A stretch of 63,907 bases of DNA, counting the filler, from Rhabdomonas costata (Eukaryota): the NCBI GenBank assembly GCA_019059605.1. It is 49 parts of 49 records of this genome, joined end to end, with 100 filler letters (N's around TTAATTAATTAA, not from the genome) between each part and the next. Parts side by side here need not be neighbours in the genome. Positions count along the whole stretch, not along the records: positions 39,190 to 40,396 come from JAHMHO010023639.1; positions 40,497 to 41,702 come from JAHMHO010023640.1; positions 41,803 to 43,007 come from JAHMHO010023641.1; positions 43,108 to 44,313 come from JAHMHO010023642.1; positions 44,414 to 45,619 come from JAHMHO010023643.1; positions 45,720 to 46,923 come from JAHMHO010023644.1; positions 47,024 to 48,228 come from JAHMHO010023645.1; positions 48,329 to 49,534 come from JAHMHO010023646.1; 41 more parts are not named here. One strand, written 5' to 3'. Below, one piece after another: positions 39,661 through 50,658 of this stretch; the stretch's first letter is position 1, and the number at the start of each line of letters is the position of its first letter. The translations under genes were made by a program, and so were the position numbers. The notes beneath the pieces were generated by a model. It did no database searches, had not been told where the DNA came from, and saw only the letters and a program-made list of their open reading frames with translations.

Positions 39661-39949
39661 CTGCAGAGCCTTAGGGCTGGTGAACAGCGCGACCTGCTTG
39701 GGCTTGAGTGGGTCTGTCGGGCGGAGGTGCACGGCGGGGTTGCTGCGCACCACCACCACCGCGGGGAAGGCCCGCCGCACCACCGCCAGCAGCACCGTCG
39801 CGAACATCTCCCCGGGCTTCTTGTTGGAGAGCAGCAGCTGGTGGTCCGGGGGAACTTGGGGCGCGGGGAGGACGTAGTTGGGCTGAGCGGCCTTCTTCCG
39901 CTTCTTTTCTGGGGGTGGCTCTGGAGGCGGAGACAGAGAATAACTCCTG
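39661..39949 (-). CDS. Hypothetical protein exon (…PEKKRKKAAQPNYVLPAP…ALFTSPKALQ)
   Basis: GC-rich open frame bounded by TGTAG and CAG|GT. Confidence 0.5.
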
Positions 39950-40497
39950 GCTACAGAGGGTGCAACCAAGCAGAACAAAGGTGGTGATGCAATCGTGGTT
40001 GAGCACGACACTTGTAGTCACAATTAATAGTGATGATAAAAGAAATAATGAAGAAAAGAATTATAATCATGCCGACCATCAAGTTCATGCCCCTTTGCCA
40101 CTGCATCGCTCTCGATCGAATCGCCCACAAGAACGCTTGGAAGCCACCAAAAGTATCATGCTTATCAAAAACCGACCCCTGACCCTGCAAATCATCTCCA
40201 GCATCAAAAAACACTAAGCGGTTTTAACACAGCTCAAACTCAAATAGGTCCCAGTCCTGAAGACTACCTCGCCAAAAAATGCTTGTGGTTTTCGAAGACT
40301 TCCCTCCTTCCTTCCTTCCTCAAAACAAATCCCTAGACCCAGGGACGCACCCTCTTTCGGGGTTTCGGCGTCCACGTCCATCTTCTCCACAACCACNNNN
40401 NNNNNNNNNNNNNNNNNNNNNNNNNNNNNNNNNNNNNNNNTTAATTAATTAANNNNNNNNNNNNNNNNNNNNNNNNNNNNNNNNNNNNNNNNNNNNT

Positions 40498-41376
40498 GTT
40501 GTTTTGTGTGACAACTCCGCGCAGGGTGCGACCCTGCCCACGCTGGTTTTCCATTCTCGGAGGAAGCCGCAGTCCACCTCGCAAGAACTGGATCGACTCT
40601 TCGGGCTTTCTGGGATAGTGGCTGGACGTGTGGAACAGGATTTTGCACACCTGAGCAGGTCGGGGATGAAGCAGCGAGTGTCTGAATTCGCACAGGAGCA
40701 GCTACTCCGATTTGGGTTTTTGCCTGGCCTGAGAGAGGAGTGTGTTCGGTTCTGTTTGGCTGGGGGTTGCTTCAAGACCCTCTTGACGGGTTCGGCCCCC
40801 CGTGACTTAGACCTCTGGCCGTGCTCGGAGACCGATCGCACTCGCCTTCTGCGTTTGCTGAGTGAGCAGATGGCGAATTCGAAGGTGGTCAAGGCCACAC
40901 CATTTAACACTCAATTCGATGTTCGTTGCCTTCAACCTTCATCGGAAATGCCTGTATCGATTCGGGTGGAGGTTACAACTCGAGTGGAGCCTCCCGACTT
41001 GCAAGGAAAGCTCGCCCTCTTCGACCTCATCCCCAGTTGCGTAGGGGTGCAGTTCTGCGGGGCGTCGGTGGAGGAGGTCTTCGTACACCCCCTGCTCACG
41101 ACTGCGGTATTGTTGAAGCAGCCAATGCTCGTGAAGCCCATGCCAAACACTCCCTTTCTGCTGGCCACCGCTGAGCGTGCGGTCCGCTACGCGGAAGAAC
41201 TGGGGCAACCCTTCCCTGAAGCGGTACTCAGGGATCTGTTGCAGGAATTTCAGAAGATGATGCAGAGCTCTCAAAGCCACGTCGTTCGAGAAACGCTAAT
41301 CGAAAACTACCGCCAAACGACCCAGAGAGGGAGCGCTTTTCAAAGAGTCTGTGAGGTTTTTGGTGTACAGCTATGA
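40498..41376 (+). CDS. Intronless nucleotidyltransferase (class II/CCA-PAP-like head), possibly 5' partial
   Basis: LAGGCFKTLLTGSAPRDLDLW matches hGG-x12-DhD; VEVT (third carboxylate), FDLIPSCVGV and LATAERAVRYA occur at the expected spacing; TGA stop. Confidence 0.75.
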   Translation, partial: VVLCDNSAQGATLPTLVFHSRRKPQSTSQELDRLFGLSGIVAGRVEQDFAHLSRSGMKQRVSEFAQEQLLRFGFLPGLREECVRFCLAGGCFKTLLTGSAPRDLDLWPCSETDRTRLLRLLSEQMANSKVVKATPFNTQFDVRCLQPSSEMPVSIRVEVTTRVEPPDLQGKLALFDLIPSCVGVQFCGASVEEVFVHPLLTTAVLLKQPMLVKPMPNTPFLLATAERAVRYAEELGQPFPEAVLRDLLQEFQKMMQSSQSHVVRETLIENYRQTTQRGSAFQRVCEVFGVQL

Positions 41377-43107
41377 ATAAGCTCATTTGAGCAGGCCTTT
41401 GGGTGCCATTTCTCTCTTGGGAGGAAAAGTTCGGTTTCTATTCACCGCATTTTTGGCGCGATGCAGCCACCTGCTTTGCTTCTCATCATTACCATCACCA
41501 CTACTACCGCCGATGCATCCACGTGTTGTGATGAATGACACGCAGAACATGTCCGATGGAACAGAAGTTGATGTCGTTCTCATCGCTTTGGGATGAACTG
41601 GCCTCCTACATCATCCACTGGCTCAATTTTATTACTTTAAAAAAAATTAGCCATCGCATTCTCGCCCAATGGTGCGTATTTTATTCCACTGCACATCAAC
41701 AANNNNNNNNNNNNNNNNNNNNNNNNNNNNNNNNNNNNNNNNNNNNTTAATTAATTAANNNNNNNNNNNNNNNNNNNNNNNNNNNNNNNNNNNNNNNNNN
41801 NNGGGGGTGTGTGGCTTTCACTCAGAAGCTGAGGGAAAGCCATAGATCCCCTTATCACTGACCGAAAAGAAAGAAAGCGCCTGTGATTGTTGTTTTCTTC
41901 ACTCATAGGCAGACTGATGATATCCAGACCGTCTTCGCGCATGTCAAAAAGCGGTCGTTCGAAAGCGTTGTTGGAAAAAACTATGGAAGCCACGGGTGTG
42001 CGAGACAAAAATGTAAAGAGAAGCAATAGCGCCTCGTTGATTGGCAACATCAAAAAGGGTCGAATCATTGAAAAATACGATTGACTCCGCATAGTCACAT
42101 ACTCCCCCACTCTTCGACGTCCGCCAGCTTCTTGTCATGATCTATCCAAACTGGAATCAAACTGGTAAGTCACTCGATATTAGAAACCAACCTCCTCCAC
42201 CAAGTTATTCCCAGTGGAGGGGTCGAAGCAGCACTTCCCCAATCATGTGGCAAAACAAAAAGATCGAGGAAAATTGTCCCACACATCCGGGCCAACGCAT
42301 TGCACTTTTTTTGGGGGTGCTCACGTCTCAAAACTTTTTGAGGTAAGAACACGAGGAAGGTCAAGGCGTACCTGGAAGTCTGGCGAGAGCAGCGCGCCGA
42401 AGCCCTGCTCCAAGTCCACCCTCCTCAACAGGTATGCCGCATACTTTCCCAAGGGGTCCGCGCTGCAGTGGCGGAGCCCAACGTACCCATCCTTGCGCTG
42501 AAGGGGAGATGCCCCATAACCCAAGAAAAAACAGAGCACCTCATATGGGCTCCTGGATACTGAGACAAAGTATTACCCCATACCACGATGGGGGGAGGGG
42601 GTCGCTTCCCCATATCTGTTTTTACAAACAGGTCAGAGATGGGTCTGAGGATAATTATTGGGTCGCTTATTCGGGAAAATTGAGCCATCCCTCTCAGCCT
42701 AATCGTGCAGTTCTTATTCTCAGGTCCCCTGTGTCACCTGCCCCCATACCCGCCTCTTCCAGTCGCATCCCTTTCGCAACTCTCCCATCACCATTCAATC
42801 CTGCCGTCCACAAAGTGCTCTTCTGGATCTCCGTTCCAGTGCAAATACTGCTCTTTTGTTGTGCTCGCCACAGCACCTTCTTTTTCTCGTATTTTGCTGA
42901 GCAAAGTTTAATACAGAACACCAATGCATCTAGTTCACTGCAACCAGTGGTCATGTGGGGTTGCGAAAGTAAGGAGACAGCATCAAACAGACAGGACCAC
43001 CCCCCCCNNNNNNNNNNNNNNNNNNNNNNNNNNNNNNNNNNNNNNNNNNNNTTAATTAATTAANNNNNNNNNNNNNNNNNNNNNNNNNNNNNNNNNNNNN
43101 NNNNNNN

Positions 43108-44313
43108 GGTTTGGGGAAAGCATTGGGGCAACGGCCGCAGCAGCAGAGCTTTCAGCAGAGCTTTCCTCAGCCCTCTGGAGCGGCCGTTGCCCCAATGCTT
43201 TCCTCGGACCCCTTTGACTTTGCTGTGCTGGAGACTGTCAATCCCCCGCCCCCGCACCACACCACTGTGCCAGAAATGGCCCGCAGCTCGGCGGCAGCAC
43301 GGCAAGAGGGGGCCTTCGATTTCGACGCACGACAGCGGTTTCTTCAGTCCGTTCTTCCCCCAAGGTCACAAGTTCCCATGTATCCTATGCTAGTGTTGTG
43401 TTGTGAGCTCGGTTTTTGTGAGGAAGAGTGGGGAGCGATCGGTCGTTCCTGAGCTGCAAGCAGAGCTTATCCCTTGCTGTGAATAGGGTTCTTATCAGCC
43501 TAAGATTCATTCTTCTGGTTTGCACCAGGTCTCCCCAGTGGAGTGAGGAGTTCTTTCAGGAGTACAAGACCTCACTAAAGGAGGACCTCACTCTGCAGTC
43601 CGCACAGAAGCGCTACGTGCTCTCCAATCTCACGACCATCGCCAAGGAGAACAAGGTGCACAGCGCAGAAGTTATTGCGGCGATCATTGTGTGCCTGGTG
43701 GAGGCATCCTCAGGGTTTGTCCCAAGCAGCCCAGTCCCCTGTCATCCCTCCCTCTTACTCTCGTGTCGCACTCAGTATGTATTATGAATGCACATTGTGA
43801 TTTTTCGAAGAGTTGCTTGCTATTGGTAGTTTATATCTCTGGTTACGACGTTCCAGCTTCGCTGTTGACAAACAGGCAAATGAGCGTTTCAATTCTTAAC
43901 GACGATGGTTTTCTAAAAGCAACAATTTGGCGGTAAAAGAGAGGCTGTGGAGTCCCAAAACTGCACTGTCGAAATGAGGGGGGTAGGAGGAGCTTCAACA
44001 AATTGATTATCAACCAAGAAATAATAATATATAGAAAATAACCTGCTCAAGGTCCAGACAATATAAACACATAGATAAAAATCCACAGCATGATTCTATG
44101 AAGTTATCAAAGAATTGCTCACACGCACGCGCACACACACCTGCACAAACACACAGGGCACAAAAGCTCGACCTCTGGTATCTCATCGACAGCATCTGCA
44201 AGAAGGTGGGTGGGCGCTACCTCACGGGCTTCGAGGACCGCCTGCCTGTTCTGGTGGGGTGCGAGATGCCCTGCGCTGGAGATGCCGTGCTGCGGGAGAA
44301 GTTCGCACCCCAC
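43108..44313 (+). CDS. PCF11: PCF11-like CID-domain protein; exons 43108-43364, 43529-43714, 44157-44313
   Basis: EYKTSL.EDLT....LSNLTTIAKEN and KLDLWYLIDSICKKVGGRY; phase-consistent introns. Confidence 0.75.
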
Positions 44314-44413
44314 NNNNNNNNNNNNNNNNNNNNNNNNNNNNNNNNNNNNNNNNNNNNTTAATTAATTAANNNNNNNNNNNNNNNNNNNNNNNNNNNNNNN
44401 NNNNNNNNNNNNN

Positions 44414-45488
44414 GTGTTGGGTGTGGTTGGTGTGGTGTGGCGGAGCGCACCCAGCTGCGCCGCCGTTGCGGAGGTGGCTGCGGGGGGCACGCGAAGGTAG
44501 GCCGTCAGCATTGCCGCCAGCTCCGTGAGCCGGGAGGAGACCACCTGGGTTGCCGGCACCCCAAAAGAAACGATAAAGCTCTAAAAAGGGGATGGAAATG
44601 GACAAAACGAATAAACACCAATACACAAGTCCAGTGTTCAAAAATGGACAAAATGAAAATTTATCTGACCCCACCAATGGGTTACGGGCATCACCCAAAC
44701 GCTATTGTACCTGGTATGTAAGGTGTGTGTGCGAAGTAGTGGGTGATGTTGATGTTGGTGGTACCTGGCAATGAAGGCCTGGCAGTGGTACCCTGCTACA
44801 ATGCCTCATATTGCTTTTCCCTTCACCCTGCGATTTATGTAGTGTCCAAAAGAGCGCAGGTCCTGATGAGGCATACCCCCATCAGTGTCGGACCTAATGT
44901 TGACCCAAAGGAGGGCACGGATAGGGTAAGGACGGCTGGGATGAACAAAGGCCCCTAGAAATTCGCACGAGAGTTGCCCCACGACGTGCCGGGTGTGGAT
45001 GGTGTGGATGTCAATCTGATGGAGTGACATTCAACTTCGGAACAAACCCGCTGCTGACTACTCCCAAAATATCTCCCACATCCCCACCTCCACCTTTTTT
45101 TCTTGGGAATGGAGAGGTCACAAAAATCCCTCAACCTTCCTTCGAATCCTCGAGTCTCCCTCTCTCTCAGACACCTTTCTGCCCAACTCTCTTCATCCTG
45201 TCATGCTCCAGCCAGACAATGTTCATAGACGTCTGCGGCCCTTCCTGCTCTGCTTTTCTTCTCGAGCACCTCGCACCCCCCCCCCCGGCCCTTGCTACTC
45301 CGTCAACTTGTGGGGTGTGGGTTCCGTTCCAACTCCAGCATTGTCCTGTAACAACAGTGCTGCGAGGTTTCAACCGCTCTTCCCCACCACACAGCCATGC
45401 CTGGTACATAGTCCGGGTCTTCCACCACCGGTCCAGCACGGCCACCACGAACAATCCCAGCAGGAAGGTCACGAGGGTCTGAATGGCA
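44414..45488 (-). CDS. Bestrophin-family channel; exons 45488-45401 and 44544-44414 (GC-AG intron)
   Basis: TLVTFLLGLFVVAVLDRWW..R/VVSSRLTELAAMLTAYL. Confidence 0.8.
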
Positions 45489-46686
45489 CTGTGCAACAAA
45501 AAGGGACCTGGGGTCGAAGACGTTACTTAAAAGGCATTTTAACACTGGACTCGACCAGCGCCAGTATCCGTTGTCCAGAAGTGTAATTTCACCCCACCCT
45601 ACTGTTCCTCCCCACAAAANNNNNNNNNNNNNNNNNNNNNNNNNNNNNNNNNNNNNNNNNNNNTTAATTAATTAANNNNNNNNNNNNNNNNNNNNNNNNN
45701 NNNNNNNNNNNNNNNNNNNTTTGTGTACACATATACGTGAATGTGTGATCTGCGCAGCCATTAACTGCGACTGAGCCTATCCCTTTCTGTAGGGTGTCCC
45801 ACATAACTCTGGGTACTGGGACTCCATGCGCAACATCCCTGATGTTGCTCTCAATCAAAACATCAAAGTACGCGCTATGCCATTGTCTTGTCTTGTTATC
45901 ATCAAATGTTGCTGTTTCAGGTTGTTGTTTCAGCTTTATTCCGACTTTCCTTCGGTTTTTTTTAGGTGCCCCGTACAATGCAGTGGACCGACCTACGACG
46001 CCAGGTTCCTGCAGCTTTCATTCCGCCCGTTGCATTTTTGTTTTCAGCCAACCCTTCCGGCGTACAGCTCCACCTCCATTACCAAGCCGCAACACAACCA
46101 CGATTGATTAACAGTTAATTAATACTGTCCCTGCCCTTAGTTAAATGGGACACCTGGTTTTCATGTAAATGTTCGGATGTGCTCCTATGCCCAAACTCTT
46201 CATATCGTCAGCCGAGCTATTTGGGACCCGTGCTGGCGGAGCGGCAGTTTACCTTATTGAGTTTTTTGGCAGCTGTCCAGGCTCTGGCTGCATCTCTAAG
46301 GCCGAGCTATGGCAACTAGAAGGGTCCATTGTGGGTTGAGACATAATTAAGGGTCTGAATGGGCAATGTCAGGTGTTCAGCAGTACAGAGCAAAAAAAAA
46401 TAATACAGAAAAAACAGAAAAGCGCGCAGGGCCAAGACAAGCCATTCAGGGAAGAAGAAACTCAGACGCACGAGATAAAGCGAAACAAGCCAAGAAGAAG
46501 AACAAACCAAAGAGGGCGAGCGAATGACAAATCGAGAAGAAAGCAAGGAAAGCATTAAATCGAAAATGGGGAGGGCAAAAATGGGGGATGGGAGGAAGTT
46601 GTGTGTTCCGCGAGTTGTATGAGAGGAGAGGGAAGGGAAGGGGAGGAGAACGAAACCAGATCGGAAACATGAAAGTGGGGGGCGTA

Positions 46687-46816
46687 CCCTCTTGCGCAGC
46701 GGCGGCGGCGTTGCTCCAGAACCGCAGTGAGGGCAGGTTCAGGGGGTCCAGCTTGTCTTTGAGCTCAAATTCGTACTTGATCAGAAGGGGGAACCGGTTC
46801 ACCTTGACAAAGCGGG
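46687..46816 (-). CDS. Hypothetical protein exon (ARFVKVNRFPLLIKYEFELKDKLDPLNLPSLRFWS…)
   Basis: GACAG acceptor, G|GTACGC donor, coding-like codon use. Confidence 0.5.
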
Positions 46817-47140
46817 CCTGTCGCACAAAGACAAGCGGTAACTTTGTGACTTTCAAAGCCATCCAGTCAATTAGGTGGGCGTGGCGTGGCTGTGGCTGTG
46901 GAAGGGGGTTTTACACAAAAACANNNNNNNNNNNNNNNNNNNNNNNNNNNNNNNNNNNNNNNNNNNNTTAATTAATTAANNNNNNNNNNNNNNNNNNNNN
47001 NNNNNNNNNNNNNNNNNNNNNNNGGGGGTGGTGAAGTCAACGCGAAGGTCGAGCTTCTCCGAAAGGGGGCAGTCATTGGGTGTAATATCCACCTTAGTGA
47101 GGGGAGAGGGAGTTTATATGTTGGGCAGGGAAGGATGCAC

Positions 47141-47525
47141 CCCCAGTTCTCTTCAAGGTGACGATGATCTCGCATCCCGGCAGCTTGAAATCCACCGCCG
47201 AGCCGTTGATTGCGACGTCGGAGCGCGTCATGCTGGAGCTGGCCTTGAACCCAAAGCTCACCGCAAAGGCGGCCAGCGTGGTAGAGCCCTAGTCTGGCGG
47301 GACGAAGGTTGCAGAGAGGGTAGCGGGCAGCCCGGAAAGGTCGGGCTCCACCATCACAATGGGGATGGTGCACACCTGCGTGTCAAAGGGGTAGCGGTGG
47401 AAGTCCATCGCGCAATTCGTCAACCCCGTGACGCGCCGGTAGAGGAAGAAGACCGGACTGGAGGACACCGCGGGGTTGAAGGTCAGGGAGAGGTAGTCAT
47501 TCACTCCGGACGCAGTTTCGTCCAC
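47141..47525 (-). CDS. Pentameric ligand-gated ion channel (Cys-loop) extracellular-domain exon with an in-frame TAG at 47289-47291
   Basis: CAMDFHRYPFDTQVC (C-x13-C); after the TAG the same frame continues to the pre-M1-like LPGCEIIVTLKRT; TTTTTAG acceptor, GTGCAT donor. Confidence 0.8.
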
Positions 47526-49634
47526 CTAAAAAGGAACCCACGCGCGCAACATCTCCAGAGGCACTAAGGTAGAGTGGCCAAGTTTCAGGGTTTGGGTAAT
47601 GGTTTTGCTCTGGAGAGCTGCGACGGTCAGCAGCCAACCAGATTGGCAAAGCCCTGCGTGCCCTGAGTGCTCGCAGGAATAGCCTTCTAATCAAGGACGG
47701 TTTCTCCCCTTGTAATTGTGTGCAGCAAACCCGTCTTCTCCACGACAAACGCGACTGCTGCTATTTTGTGATAGTTCGTTGTGTGATGTGTGTTTGTGTG
47801 TTTGTGTGTGTGTGGGTACCACAGAGTACAGAACGATGAGGATGGTGGATTCCTTGCGCGTTTTGATTGCGGGAGCTCGGTGTGGCCAATCCTTTGGGAA
47901 ACACCAGCAAAAGATGAGCCGTGCAAATTGGGATCGTCACTTCGTCAGCACTCACGCGAGTGCTCCCCTTCTAACACCGAACTCGGAAAATCCACGGAGG
48001 TGGCAGGCCCGGCGCACGCCAACACCAACGCATGACATCCGTCGCACATAACACGCATGAGAAGCTTCGCGAGCCTGCAGCGGCAGAAAAAGGATGAAGG
48101 AAGAATGAGAATGGAGACAAGGACACACCGGAAAAGGCTGTGTGCGTTGGATCTATTCCGGTCGAAGCAAAAAGACACCGACGACACCCTTTCTCATCCC
48201 GGTCAATCTCCCACATCAACCACCCCCCNNNNNNNNNNNNNNNNNNNNNNNNNNNNNNNNNNNNNNNNNNNNTTAATTAATTAANNNNNNNNNNNNNNNN
48301 NNNNNNNNNNNNNNNNNNNNNNNNNNNNGGTGTGTGTGGGAAAGGTCAGGTGTGCGATTACATACGATTGACTGGAGTAGAGCTGACCGTTTGCTGAATA
48401 TCGCGAGTATCGAGGTTTTTGGCCAGACCTATATGTTCGTGTTTTGTATATGGAAGTTGAAATGTTAAACTTCGTAACTATCGGGTAGAAAGAAAGAGCG
48501 AAAGAAAGAGCGTTCTGTGGGGTGGGTGTTAGGTGCGTCTCGCTGAGGCACATTTGCAGCCCGAGCCACAGGGAAGCTGTGGAAAAGGTTGCCAGGGACT
48601 ACCGCTTGAAGACCCACAAGTCCTTTCTTGCGGTGTGCCTCGCTATTGCTGCGTACATAAGCTGGCGACATCAGTGGATTATATCAATAATGCTTGGAGG
48701 CGTCACTGTACATTCGCGCAGACATGTTACCTCTGTTCACCGTTTTGCCGTGTTTGCTTTGGAGGTGGAGTCAACTAATTTAGTCGCTGATTCTGACTCT
48801 TCCGATTACTCTGCAACAAAGGTACTCACAAAATTCTGCGCAGCCAATTAGTGCTTCATATTTTCTAATCTATCGTGATCATGGTGGCTCATGGCGTATT
48901 CCTCACTGGTTCCTTGTCAAACCAAGAATTTTTAACCTGAGGTTCGAGTTATCTCACCACGCTTTGCACGTATGGTTAGATTTAATGAATTTTCTCCAGC
49001 TGTGTACGCTTTTTTGCCTGCCTCCTGTGTAGAAACGCCCGCTGTTCGCCGGAGGCAAGGAGCAGTGATGTCCCAATAAAAACCGGGCAAAAATGTAGGG
49101 GTTAAGCTGAAACTCGACCCCCTCCCCGTGAACCACCCCTGTGATTCACGTTCGTGAACCAGCTGGTGATGGTAAACACCATCGCCTTTTTGACCTCACG
49201 CTCCTTCAAGCCCGACACCACAGTTCCAGCAGAAGTTAAGTGTAATTTGCCCCGGACATGAACATTGCAATACTGAAGTTCATTATCCTTCATATATTTA
49301 AATGTTTAAATTTTATTTTTTCAACTGTGGATTTTTCGGCTTCTGCAGTTACAGGATTACAAGTGGAAATTTGACACTTCATTGGGAATTTAGTTGCTGT
49401 TATTTTTCCTTCTTATTAGAAGCTTGCATGTTTTTCATTTTCGAAAAAAAAACTAAAAGCCATCTGAGTCTGAGACCAAAAGCTGAAAAATCAACATATG
49501 CAACACATGGATGAAAATACACAAAAAGAAACAANNNNNNNNNNNNNNNNNNNNNNNNNNNNNNNNNNNNNNNNNNNNTTAATTAATTAANNNNNNNNNN
49601 NNNNNNNNNNNNNNNNNNNNNNNNNNNNNNNNNN

Positions 49635-50658
49635 TTGGCGGTATGGCCTGCGAAGTGAAGAGCACATTATGTGCGTGTGATTGTTGCAGTGATAGCAGGC
49701 GGGCACAAACGTGGCAGCAGTGGCAGCAGGCGTGTGTGTGTGTGTGTGTGTGTGTGCGAAAGCAATGCATGTGCACGATGCTCCAAATGTAGATTTTCAC
49801 CAAGCCTAAATCGTTCACAGAGGTATTTTTATCCTCCTTCTCGCCATCAAGAAAATGGGAAAACATGGCACGGCAAGGCACTTTCAACACAGTGAATGGC
49901 GTCCAGATAGTTCTGGAGGTGAAGGCTGTGGAGATAAGGAGGTGCGATGTGCACCGATGCAAGCGCGCGTCCACAATAAACAAGAGTGCGGAAGATAGAA
50001 AGAGTTCCCTATCCTTGCAATTGAAAAAGATTTGAAAAGGTTGAAAGAATATGCCCAACATCAGGATCGCCTCCCGATTGGACTTGAGCCGCAGATAGAA
50101 TCACACTGCTAAAAAGACGCAGCTTCAAACCCACAGAACAGCTCCATTTAACCTCGAATACCTTATCCTTTTTCTTTATCCTTTGACCAAACACGTTGTC
50201 TCTGGATTATCTGTGAAACTGATAGGTTATTCTTGGGAACGACCCATGCATCGTCAGCAATTCCAGGTCTCACAGAGGGAACAAGAGCAATCAAAAAAGT
50301 GAGCGGAGAGGGCCTCTGGTCCAATGCCGTAGTTTCACAGTCCAACACCCTCTTCTCCTTACCAATGTTTGGTGAACGGTTCTACAGATTTCGCAATGCG
50401 GAAAAGTACCGTCGCTCGCTGGCGATGAAATTGGTTGCAAGCAAAAGAAAACATAAGTAAAAAAACCAACCCCAATCCATCCCACCTGAACGATGGAAGG
50501 AGGAAAGCGCCAAGCGGGAGCTCCAAGAAAACTACAAACGGAAGGACACTCAGGAGCGGTGCGTTCAGGTCACCTTTGCGGTCGCAGACCGTGCAGTATA
50601 GCTCTTCAGGACAGTTCTTGGCGGTGTGCTCGAAATTGCCGCAGTTGAAACACCCCAC
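49635..50658 (-). CDS. CCHC zinc-knuckle repeat protein (CNBP/UMSBP-like); exons 50658-50574 and 49647-49635
   Basis: CFNCGNFEHTAKNC..LYCTVCDRK/GHTAK; splicing completes the second knuckle. Confidence 0.8.

Noticed and set aside
44860-44900. CTGATGA hammerhead cores (also ~968, ~14032, ~41914)
   Set aside because: No stem II followed by GAAA and no closing stems
40497-47525. Operon- or system-like clustering of NTase, PCF11, bestrophin and Cys-loop genes
   Set aside because: They are on separate contigs that appear ordered by length, so adjacency carries no meaning
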